Below are positions 11,591 to 23,449 of a stretch of DNA of 38,798 bases, in pieces. Source of the DNA: Octopus bimaculoides. Lineage: Eukaryota. Made by a program: the position numbers and the translations under genes. Below the pieces are notes generated by a model. That model made no database searches and was not told the DNA's origin. It was given only the letters and a program-made list of their open reading frames with translations. Location of the stretch: assembly GCF_001194135.2 (NCBI RefSeq), contig NC_068993.1:45854680-45893477 (forward strand). Reading direction: 5' to 3'. Each line of letters begins with the position of its first letter. Position 1 is the first letter of the stretch.

Positions 11591-12095
11591 GAAAATATAG
11601 CGAGGTACGTATACTTTGGTCTCTTATATGTAAGTATATATATATATATATAAATTTTGTACGACTCTATTATTCTTTCTATTCTTTCACACTTACTTCG
11701 TTCATTACACTCTTCCTTCCTTCGTTCCCCCTCTCTCACATTTCTTGGCCTTCTCTTCATGCTCACTTTCTTTCCTCTTTCACTTTACTGTATCCCTTTT
11801 ATTTTTTCTCGCCCCTCTTTAATTCTTCTATCCCTCTGCCTCTACCTCTCTTTCCCCACGTGACCAGTATTCGGCCAAGCCTGAACACACACACACACAC
11901 ACACACACACCCATAAGATTGAGGATACGAATACCTGACGTACTCCTCAGTCAGTTAATGCTTAGCATCACTTCATCATAGTATATAAATTTTGTACGAC
12001 TTTTCGTACATTTTTCCTTCTACTCTCTCTGATCCAACACATTTCACTTCCAACGCATCAGACCCAATAAAATGTGGAACAATAAATACAGCACA

Positions 12096-12270
12096 GCTTA
12101 GCGGCATTTCGTCCGTCTTTACGTTCTGAGTTTAAATTCCATCGTCGTCGGTTTTGCCTTTCATTCTTTCGGGGTCTATAAAATGTGTACCATCTGAGCA
12201 CTGAATCCGACATAAACGTCTTACTCACCCCTTGAAATTTCTGTCTGCGGGCCAAAATTTCAAAGCAATA
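12096..12270 (+). mobile_element. SINE family A, 5'-truncated
   Basis: gcttagcggcatttcgtccgtctttacgttctgagtttaaattcc...ggggtctataaaat. Confidence 0.8.
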
Positions 12271-13164
12271 TCAAAACAGTTCAAACTCACTTGCATGTGA
12301 CGGCTACGGTTTTCTCCTTCCAAAATATTTTACTTTGTAGTTTGTGAACAGGACGAACTAAAATATTTAACCAATTAAAATGATTATCCTCATTTCTCGA
12401 ATAACTAATAAGTGTTTATTTAGCCACAATATAGAAAATCACTTAATATTTCGTTGGTCAGTGGTGCCTATTATCTATACTATTTTAGGCCTGGAAATGG
12501 TGGAATAATCGATTAAATCAAACACAGAACTGCACTGTTAGTCATTTTATCGTCCGGATATTGTGTAGCTTATTCAAATTCAATTTACTGTTACTTCATA
12601 GAAACGTTTGTTCTTGAGTCTGATTAAGAATTCAATAACTTTTTAACAAAACCAGAATTTTACTCGAGGGTAAATTGAGAAAAATCATTTCTCAATTTTG
12701 TATTGTATCTGACATTAAATTAGCATTAAATTTCTTGAATGCGAGGATTATCAATACGTTCTTATTACTAAAGCTGTGTAGATGCTGAAGGCTGTGTAAC
12801 AATTATATGGGGAAATTTTGAATAGAAAAGACATTGCATTTTATATTGGATTAGCAATCTCGTTAAAGAGGCTGACTGCCATTGTAGCATTTAGTTATTT
12901 CCCCTTTACGTTTTGGTTTCAAATCTCATCATAACAGCGTGTCAACGTCTTTTATACACTGGAAGTTGGGGGAAAATAATATTAGTCAAATCTGGGGTCC
13001 ATATTAAATTTTTTTTTCTTCTCTTCTCCACGAATGTAATGTTACGTCTGTTTTTACTTTATTTTTCTTGAGTCCCAGGACATAAGGCCTGTTACCTGGA
13101 GTTCACAGCATATACGAAACCGACATTTCAACATTTCCCCTGAACAGGAAGTCATTTCCTGGTA

Positions 13165-13342
13165 GGCTTCAATGACGGCGAATTTAAGAGGAGACGAGTC
13201 GATTACATCGACCTCGAACAAATGAAAGGCGTGAAAAGCGAAGTTGGACCCATTGGATTTGAACAGAAAACGTAAAGTGCCGGAAGAAATGCTGATAAAC
13301 ATTTTATCTGACGGGCTAATGACTCTGCCAGCTCACTACCTT
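13165..13342 (-). mobile_element. SINE family A, degenerate
   Basis: gtcgattacatcgacc...gatttgaacagaaaacgtaaag...gactctgccagctcactacctt is antisense family A. Confidence 0.75.
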
Positions 13343-14158
13343 CGTAACTGAGTTAGGTAACATTATTTTGCAATGATTAGTCCGACAAAGTATCTAAGAA
13401 CCTATATTTATTTTAGACATTTTAAGAGCAAAAAGACCAGTGTTATTTACGTTCGGTTTGAAATTTTGGAATCGATGTCTGAGACAAATGTGTGCTTAAA
13501 GGGGAACTATTTAAAGGGGTACATTGTTGTTGCTGGCTGCCAAACAAAAAGAGTGTGGATTCAAGGATATTTGGCTGCAATAACGCTCCTCTTTAATTTG
13601 GGAATTCGGGCTTCAGTGAAACGTCTCAATGTGGGAAGAAGCCGAGAGGACACATATGAAATGATATATGAAGAAGTAGACGTAATGTTATGACTTTGGA
13701 CGAAACTTCTATTAGGTGCGCTGAATGAGAATTTACCGTATATCATAATGACAATTATATCTTATTCCAGTCTTCCGGTATTTTATTGTCACGCAAAATC
13801 TCCATTTTATGTACACACACACACACACATACATACAAACATATGTGTGTGCGTTTGTGTGTGTGTATGAGTTCGATTCATCTGTATCCATGCCCTTTAT
13901 ATAGTTTTATTTATTCATTTTATGTATCCCTGTTTAAATTTATCACAGGTGTATGGCAGATATATTTATATATTTATTTACCTATCTATTTATATATTTA
14001 CTTACATATTTTTTTATACATCTATCTCTATTTCTCATAAGTATCACAATTAAGTGTATATATGTATGTTGTGTGTGTGTTACCCTGTATGTTTCTGTGT
14101 ATTATTTAGAGGTTATTTTTTATCTTTCCCTCTCTCTTCACATCCCTACTGTCTTTAG

Positions 14159-14470
14159 TCATGTGGTGTGGTGGTGTGTGTTACTATTCCATTCATGTTT
14201 TCTCTTGAGTCTCAGTCTGTCTGCTCTTATGTGTGTGGCTTCTGTAATCTGTCTAAGTGTCGTGTCATTTCTATGTGTCAATAGTACTTTAACCTCTATG
14301 GTATGAGTCGAGCCTTCACGTCCTGCCTGAGAATGCTGGTATAGCACTGCCAAGCTTTTCCCTTCTTTGTGTTCTCGCCAATTTTCACCTATACGGTCTT
14401 CTATTCTGCGTGCAGTCTCTCGTATGTAGGTAGTTGTTGTTTCTGCACCGTTTCTCAGTTTATATATATA
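14159..14470 (-). mobile_element. Penelope-like element remnant: GIY-YIG endonuclease C-terminal domain
   Basis: Open frame on the minus strand: IYKLRNGAETTTTYIRETARRIEDRIGENWREHKEGKSLAVLYQHSQ..EVKVLL..LRQITEATHI...LKRKHEW*; fits the PLE pattern YIGET-R-R-EH..H..RxxxEAxxI..LN..E. Confidence 0.75.
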
Positions 14471-14829
14471 TATACATCATGAGAGTTCTCTAAATAGTGT
14501 GGTCCCTGGAATTTATAGTAGCTTCAAGATTTTTGATCATTCCACTTGCACTACACCAATGAAGGGGAAATGCGTGATAGAAGCTTATTTATTCGTATGT
14601 AAAACAATTTTAAATGTATATTTTAAGAAACTTGAGGCGTGAACTCTTCACTAATAAAGATGGTCTGATGTAGGTTCTGCGAATGAAATTGCCCGCATGT
14701 GAGTCTGCCGAATGATGCTTTATAGTGAAGGTTTATAGAATGTGAAGTGTGCTACTGGGCCCATTAGAATCTGGCCATCAATAGCGTAACGAGAATAGAC
14801 ACGGAAAGATATCATTAGGTTAAACAAAC

Positions 14830-15753
14830 AAGTATTACAGTAGCTACGAAATAACATATGCAGCAGCCATGGTAGTCACTAAAGAAACTGACTTTTTACA
14901 CATTTTGGAATGTTTACACATATTAGAATATCAAAGCCATCAAAAACAGCATGTAAATCAAGTACAGAAAATGCGATCTCACTAAACATAACGAAATGAA
15001 TAGGAAACAATACAAGTAAGCAGAAAAGAGAACACTATAGAAAATAACATAACAATAAAAGGTCCCCAAAAATCAAAGAACATCTGAAAGAGAGATCATT
15101 GAAGAATAGGAATAAATTCGTATTTATCTATGAAGCGGCACAACAATTATTTTAATAAGACGATTTCATCGCCGATTCGAAATGATTTCATCGAGAACTA
15201 CGTTAGAAATGTATGCAGTAGAAATAGAAAGAAAAGCATAAGAAATCAAGGGAAGAAATCAAACAGACCAATGTTTCCAAAATAACAAGCACAGCAACTG
15301 AACAGTTCTTCGAGGACATGCCAACAAAATATGCAACTCAGACAAGGAAATAATATTTAGAAAACATCAGAACACGATAATACTTCACACATGTAGTTGG
15401 AATATTTAACAGTCACACCTAAGATAAAAAGCAAGAAATTTAATAAGATAATTCTGCACGTAACGAAACAGTTCACTGAGGTTCACAGGGGGCAGGGGAG
15501 AAATATTCTTATTAGTTAAGGTTAAAGAGAGCGCAGACAATAAATTACATAAGCCAATAATCGACTTTCCGAACGCCTTTAAATCCTTAACGGTAATAAT
15601 ATCGAAGATAACAGATAAATCTCAAGAAATGAAAAATTATATCATTTGTACAGAATATCAAAAGTGATTCATATCGTTAAAATGAACGATCACTGATACA
15701 CAGAAGAATAACCAACGAGTGCAGAGAGAGAGAGAGAAGGAGAGAGAGGGGGT

Positions 15754-15791
<38 letters not shown>

Positions 15792-16830
15792 TGAGACAGA
15801 GACAGAGACAGACAGATAGACAGACAGTCAGTCAGTCAGACAGACAGACAGACAGACAGAAAGACAGACAGAAAGACAGACAGACAGACAGAGACAGAGA
15901 GAGAGAGAGAGACAGAGAGAGACAGAGAGACAGAGAGAAAGTGTGTACGTGCAGGGAAAAATAATCTGGCTACGGCATGGCCTAATTACAAAAGGCACTT
16001 GGCAGAGTATCCTGAGGAGGATCCTAGAAATATTTCCTACAAATAATAAGGTATCAATGATGAGATACGCTATATATGGCATGCGTAAATAAAACAACAG
16101 ACGAAAGAAGGATTTATATATAAACTCAGAGTATCTTTAATGAAAAATCTTTACTCCCAATGGACTCGCATTCGCCTTTCCTTTTCTGCATGGTACTAAG
16201 ACATTTTGCAACCTCTGTAAACGAAACTGAACTCAATTATAAATGCTACGAAAAGACAATCAACAATCTTTTATATGTTGACGACCACAAATTATTACCC
16301 TGAAGACAATCAACAACTAAAACATAATTACAGACAGTATGCGACTTTATTAAAGGAACTCACATGAGACTGGGATTAGTAATGTGCACTAAGACGAACT
16401 TCGCGAGCGTAAAATTAATTTAAAATTCTAATATTTTGCTAAATAAAGAAACGGAGATAAGAGAATTACAACAAACAGACGTAAACATAATTAAGAATCA
16501 ATGAACTCGTCATAGTATAACACTGAAACGAAAGAAAAATCAAAGAATGAATATTACAGACGCATTAATTTAATACTTCAAACAAGTAAATGCAAACAAA
16601 AAAAAAATCTAGTGGTAAACATCAATACAGTACAAATCCAGTAATAATCTATAGATATTATATACTCAATTGGACGCTAAATGAATTAGCAAAGCTAGAC
16701 AGAAAAAAACAACATGAGATATTAGTATTTAGGTTACACAAGGTCTGACACAGGAAGATTATATTTAACTGTGATACAAGGAAATAGGGGTCTTAATCAT
16801 GAAAGAATTTGTCATGAAATATCTAATGTA
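14830..16830 (+). mobile_element. Decayed R4/Dong-type non-LTR retrotransposon, N-terminal region plus RT, interrupted by a microsatellite
   Basis: Motifs by manual translation: ITYAAAMVVTKE (14851), KPIIDFPNAFKSLTVIIS (15551), NLATAWPNYK (15963), DSHSPFLFCMVL (16163), INNLLYVDD (YVDD 16274-16285), MRLGLVMCTK, EYYRRINLIL, NWTLNELAKLDRK, RLYLTVIQGNRGL (16756). Confidence 0.85.
15720..15940. repeat. (GA)n/(GACA)n microsatellite inside the R4-type RT
   Basis: Directly visible. Confidence 0.95.
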
Positions 16831-17069
16831 GAAATAAAAAATATACATAGTAAAAACAATGAAAACAAAAAAAAAAATAATTCATATAGCAACTGAAAAT
16901 GAACAAAACAAATAAAGAAAAACAGTTTTCTGCATTCAGTGAAGTCAAATACAAAATAGGGGCTAAAAGGTCCGCCAATTCTTGAAGGAAGTGAAAACGA
17001 ACAGCAGAAAGTGTGAAACAGAACCTGAGCTTGTGAATAGGACTACATAACCTTTCCAAATACTAACTA

Positions 17070-17205
17070 GTCGATTACAGCAACACATCACTACTGAACT
17101 GTTACTTATTTTATTCGTGCAGAAAGGATGAAAGTTAAAGTCGACCTAGGTGGAATAATTTGAACTCATAACGTAAAGCCAGAAAATTGCAGCTGAGCAT
17201 TTTTT
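17070..17205 (-). mobile_element. SINE family A fragment
   Basis: tcgattacag...gaaaggatgaaagttaaagtcgacctagg...tttgaactcataacgtaaag. Confidence 0.75.
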
Positions 17206-18089
17206 TTTTCTTTAAACACAATACCTGAAAATTTAAACAGGTTAAGTTAATAGAGGTAAGTCACATCACTGGTTAAGGAGAAGATGACATAAAACGGATA
17301 CCCAGTGATTCTTAGGGAGGTCGTAGGTTAAGAGCCTTCCGGCCAGAAATCGAAGTACATGGGGGAAATAATGCCATTATCTCTGGCGGTCTAGAGATAA
17401 TAGTCGGCCAGAGACAAATATGACCAAGAGACAATATATGCACAATCATAGAAGGCTATTGCTACATTTGATGCATTGGCACTGGAAGCTATGATATTGG
17501 AAAAAAAGCTGTTATAAGCACCCGTAAGAAAGTTCTCGGAGCTCGACAGAGGAACAATGCTCGTATAAATCCCACAGGCAAGGACACATTTGTTTCAGTG
17601 ACAAACAGCTGCCATGAAATAATTTTTCCCGCCTCTTAGGAATATATAAATTACGCTCCGATTAATAACGCAGTCAAAATAATGACTTTATCATACTGGT
17701 AGATTTCTGGGCGTCATATAAAATTTTGTGTATCACGTGATTATCTGCGTTTACGAGTAAATCATTTTACCTTAATATCAAATTTTTATAATTTCAAACT
17801 TATAAAATTCATTATCGTTATTTTATTTCTCGTAATTCAGCACATTATTTTGTGATGATATCCACATAATATTCTCTCATTTGAACCTCAGAACCTCTAC
17901 TACAACATACAATATTGAATAGATAATATAGAAAAACATTTTTTTAAATTTTCTAACAGAACTAAATTTACGAGTAAAAGTCACAACTTTTGTCTACCTC
18001 AGGTATTAGAATTACATTCCACCCAGTCAAACTTGGTAATAATCCAATTCTCTCTCAGCCATCTTAAAATACGTCCGAATGCTCACAGT

Positions 18090-18520
18090 CACAAATAAGA
18101 TATTAATGATGTCTATCATGATGGTGATGATGATAGTAATGATGGTGGTGGTGGTGGGGATATTGATACTAATACTGCTGATATTAATAATGGTGATAAT
18201 GATGACGATGATGATGATGATAATGATACTTAAGAATAATAGTAAAAGATTATTTGATCTTTTTTCATGAGGTGAGAGTGAAGAAAGTTGAAAAAATATA
18301 TACCGACACATACATACATATATTCATACACACACACACACACATACACATACACATAAATATATATGTATATATACTGACAGACATACACATATATATG
18401 TATATATGCATGTATATATATATGCATATATAGATAGATACACACACGCACACACGCACAAGCGCGCACACAAACACTTACACACACATACATTATGCAT
18501 GTGTGCATATATGTGTATTT
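18090..18520. repeat. (GAT/GGT)n then (CA)n/(TA)n simple repeats
   Basis: Directly visible. Confidence 0.9.
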
Positions 18521-18589
18521 GAAGGCGTGTATGTCTGTGGAATTATGTACGCTTCCATGAGTATGTACTAAGAGATATTTACAGACTTC

Positions 18590-18623
18590 TAGAAAGAAAG
18601 GCAAGGTGACAGAAAGAGGGGTG

Positions 18624-18679
<56 letters not shown>

Positions 18680-19518
18680 GAGAGAGAAGGAGAGGAAGAG
18701 GTGGGAAGAACTAAAAGTAATATAAATTTTTAAGAATTTCAAAGACAGATACAGAACGACCAATAGAAAGCACCGTTGAAAGAGAAACTATGTAGGCAGA
18801 ATCGCAGAAACCCAATGAATATGTAATGTAGTAGATGAGCGGAAGGGGAATGAAATAGCAACCCGTATTGGGCAGCGGAAGGAAAGAGAGAGACTGGCAG
18901 ACAAGCACACAGAGAGAGAGAGAGAGATGGGGAGAGAGAGAGTAAAAGTGAGCGAGAGAAAGGGAGAGAGACATACAAATACAGAGAGATAGAGAGAGAG
19001 AGAGAAAGATTGTCAGTGACGGATGAGGAGTTAGACAGACAGACAGACAGATAGATAGATGGATAGATCGATAGTTAAAGTAAAACATGGTGAGACAAGT
19101 AAAGAGGGCGAGAGGTGGAGAGTGAGCAGATGGTGAGATGTATCGGAAGTGAGGCTGAGAATGGGATATTAAGTGGAATATGGTGAGAGAGGGAAGAAGA
19201 AGGGGCGAGAAAAAAGGAGAGTGAGACCATGAATAATCTAGCCAGAATGATTGAGAGAGAGAGAAAGGGAGGGAGAGATACTGAGATGATTGAGAATGGT
19301 TAGAGAGGGGCGGGGTAAGAAAGAGAGCAAGAGAAATAGAAAAGGAAACAGAGAGAGAGAGAGAGAGAGAGACAAAAAGATACACAGAAACAAAGGCAGA
19401 GAGGAAGAGATGGGTATGAGAGTAAAATAGAGGGAGAGAAAATACAACACGAGAAAAAAGAGACAAATATAGAAGAAAGAATAAAGGGGAATTCAAAGAG
19501 AGAGAGAGTGAGTGAGAG

Positions 19519-19565
<47 letters not shown>

Positions 19566-19660
19566 GGGAAAGACAGACAGAGAGAAATAGAAAGCAAGTA
19601 AGAGAGCATGTAGAAGATAGAGAGATATCAAGAGAATATATGAAAGTGAAACAATCAAAT
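18590..19660. repeat. ~1.1 kb purine-rich (GA)n/(GACA)n tract
   Basis: Directly visible strong A/G strand bias; gives the S/L-rich antisense ORF 18711-19658. Confidence 0.9.
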
Positions 19661-19996
19661 CAAAAGTGAAACGCAGTGCCCCAGGAAAATTTCCTACTTG
19701 AGACCATTCTGTTTTACTTTCTTTTCATTTTATCAATTGGAGATTGTAGATTCTAAAAACAGACAATTGACTCCAATAACAAAATGGAGATTAAATGTTT
19801 TCTAATCGAATTGATACAGACATCGATTTTACTTAGATCTAGCGCATACATTAACACATTCATAAGAACCACACTGGCATACATATGTACCCACTAAATG
19901 AAACTAAGACATACACGCATGATCATACACGCATGGACATACACGCAAGCACATAAACATACACGCACACCTGCATATACATACATATATATATTC

Positions 19997-20046
<50 letters not shown>

Positions 20047-21233
20047 CATAAATAGATAGATAAATAAAAGTCAAAAGTCAGATAACAGCATCTATACCTA
20101 CAGCTTATAATATCTAACCACACGATCATGTGTATAAGATATTTACGGTTCGAGACGACACCCTACCTCACTTACTGATAATACGATGGTTGACGTGGTC
20201 ACCTAACGCAGCCACGTAATACTTATCAACTGAAACATAAAACAGATCAATGTGCCAGTTAGTTGTTGATGAAATAATATTTATTTCTATGTATGTTTTC
20301 TTCTTTCTAGTATAAGAAATACTGTCTTTATTAGGTTCAGTGATGTTATTCAGGTTTCGTTTGCTTCTTACCAACCTTACCATTCTTTCGCAGAATTTGA
20401 ATTCAGGATTCGAAGTATTTTAAATTGTATCTTTTTCTCCGAACTTTAACCGAGAAGTCTATGAACTACTTTAACCATGTTTACGTCATTTTACTAGTAA
20501 TTTTTATGCAACAGATCAAATTTTGTGTTCTATTCAATTTCATGGAAAATTTTTTCCAGTTAACTATACGCTGCATCTACAATAAATAATTGGCATATAG
20601 TCGACACTGGTTAACGGCAGCTAAAAATCTAATAGACATCTAGAACTTCATGGATTTTTTTCCAACAGTATTTTAAATACTATTTATGACTCCAATGATT
20701 CAGACTATTGAAGCAATGCATGTCGCAAACAATTCCATATTGCCGTCTCTATATATTTCGTAGATGTTGTTTTTTTTCTCTCCCACTCCACCATAACGTT
20801 TCTTGAATAATGTCTGGTAACCTTTGTTCTTAGCAGAAATGAAATAATGATTTGCAATTTCTTTGTAAACTCTTGAGACAAAATTTAGTTTCAGTGAAGA
20901 AAGACGGTGTCCGAAAACGATATTGTCTGAAATATTCATTTTATTATTTCGAAACCAATCTATATCTTATTAGTTATACTTGTTCCTTAAACAATTTTTT
21001 GTTGTATTTGTTTCTTAAATCATTTTTTCCTATTTCTTTCATTTCAACTATGCTCAGAATAAAGATAATACTAATGTGCATAGAAAGTTTCAATAAGTTT
21101 TGTAAGGTGTTACAGTATTATAGCAATTTATAAAATAGATGATCAGATAATCAAAACACTGAATTGTCCGCCAAAACACGGATCCAAGTGATGCCAGATA
21201 GGGGAGACTTTGTTTATTTACATGACATATATG

Positions 21234-21235
<2 letters not shown>

Positions 21236-21307
<72 letters not shown>

Positions 21308-21310
21308 TTG
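21236..21310. repeat. (TCTA)n microsatellite
   Basis: Directly visible. Confidence 0.95.
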
Positions 21311-21493
21311 TATATCTATCTCCTGCTCCATTTGTGGAGAATGCATTTACATTTACACTTTGCAGTGAAAATTCGTGAAGTAGAACTAGTACAGTACTGT
21401 ATATCTTTTTAGTCATTTCTATATTTTGTATATATTTATTTTATTATAAATGCAATACAACACCACAGAGGAATCAACGTAAGCTTAAATAAT

Positions 21494-21550
21494 AAACCGC
21501 GATAGGTGAACCGCGATAGGAGAATCGCAATATGGCGCGGGATTACTGTA
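21494..21550. mobile_element. Solo terminal end of a pogo/Tigger-like DNA transposon or MITE
   Basis: Ends gggattactg-TA (RC TA-CAGTAATCCC...), with subterminal direct repeats aaccgcgatagg x2; CAGT ends plus TA are typical of pogo-like elements. No partner TIR found. Confidence 0.5.
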
Positions 21551-23449
21551 TTATCGTTAATATTCTGAATATAGTAGAAAGGAGAAGAATAGAAAAAATT
21601 GTTTAAGTTTTACTAACTTAATATAACACTTGTAGCATAAATGTAGTATAATAAACTACTGTACTGTGTCATGTACTGCAACTGTGCATTATTGATACTG
21701 TAAGAAACTGTTTGACTGTCATTGACAAATAATCAACAAAACATTTTCTCTTTTGTATGCGTGCCGGTTGCTTGAGAGTTCCGGTTATTTAAACACCATA
21801 TAAGAGGGAACTTACAGTATGTGTGTATGTATGTATGTATGTATGTATGTATGTATGTATGAATCTATCTATCTATCTACTCTCTGCTTCGTTGGAAGGG
21901 TGATAAGATCTGTAGAAACATCGCGAGCGTATAGTGGTGCGTCGTGGGGAAGAGAGTTAGTAGGGACTTGAATAATGTTTTATTGTGTGTTTTATTCAGA
22001 ACAGGAAATAATTAGAGGATATGTTTGCGTAGTACTTTTAACGTAAGAAATATTAATATTTCTAATGTACAGAAAGAAAAAAAAGGGAAAACAAACAAAA
22101 CTTTAAGATTGAGTTTTAATATCAAGATTTTAATATATTCAAAACAAGTTGAGAAACAATTTAATATTAATCGTATATATGTTATTAATGCATAACATGT
22201 ATTCTCCAAAACTTATAAGGATGCATTAATGCGTGTCTTTACGAAACTTCTGATACAAATTATAAAGGCAGATAAGTTAAAGATATGACACTTAAAAAAA
22301 TTAACATTCTTCAGCAAACTCACACGTAAACAATAGCAAGTAAATAAATCCTTAATATTCTCGGAAGATTGATCTAGAATTTCGCTGAATCCCGATAGTT
22401 ATAAACCTAGACAATCTTCCATTGTCAACTATATAGCAGCTTTCTTTCTTTTTGCTTTCTCTCTCAATATCTGAACTATTAACGATCTACGAAGAGAAGA
22501 AAAGAAAGAATGCAAATATTCACAGAGCTCTTCTTATCTGTAATTATTTTCCATCTAGAAGAAAGTTTCTTGCTTAGTGAAATGTTTTTACTTTAATCTA
22601 TTTCCTTCGAGTGACGTCATGTTGACGATTTAAAAACGAAAATGATGCATTACATGATAAATTATAGAATATAATTGTAAGATCTTTGTAAAGAGTAATA
22701 AACAATATGTATATTCACGTACTTTATTCCTTGGAATTTGATTTCAAATTCAAACCCATAATCCCGCCAAGATTTATCTAGAAATGATTGTTTCCTTTAC
22801 AATTACTAGCCACCAGGGTACACCATGCATTTGAAATATATCTGCATTTTTAATTCTTCTTGAAATTCTTTTGATATATCAAAATTTATAAATCTCTAAC
22901 AATAACCTGATTTATTAAGATATCTCAGCCCTTCTTCTTAATCTCATATACTGACACCTGTGAATGCAAAACTTTTCGAAAAGTGTTTTATTCTCGTTTT
23001 TATAGTGAATTATAAACATAAAGATTTTATATATATCGGTTATATAAAGATTTTAATATATCGGTTGTGTTCTTATATTTTGTAGTAAATTAATATTTTT
23101 CTTCGAACAAAATTTGTCATTTAAAAACGTTTATGGCCTTTAACTATTTCAACTTTCTTCCCCTTTTCATATCCATGTACATACAAGCATGTATACTAAC
23201 ATACTTACATACACAGACACACAGAGGCACACACACACACGCGCGCACACACATATATACATGTATACACAAGTAAAAATGTTTAAACGTATACACACTC
23301 ACATATATGCATACATTGATACATATTTAAATGTGTACATATATATCGTAAATATTTTTTAAATAAACACACGCACTATAATATATTTTTATTCACCCGT
23401 TTATTAATGTTATTATTTTATCATTTCAACTCATGTCCATTCTCCGGAA

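Noticed and set aside
11930-11965. Hammerhead-like CTGAGGAG...TTCGTATC on the minus strand
   Set aside because: GAAA replaced by GTAT and stems do not close properly.
13373-13693. 106-aa ORF in non-repetitive-looking sequence
   Set aside because: No recognisable motif, no convincing splice sites; cannot be supported without a search.
20300-21100. Possible L1/Tx1-type ORF2 linker remnant on the minus strand (SSLKLNF..., SRLKFGEKDT)
   Set aside because: Only two short weak resemblances in different frames; not enough to call.
23018-23066. Two tandem copies of ataaagatttta(t)atatatcggtt
   Set aside because: Simple slippage duplication; not a CRISPR-like or regulatory array.
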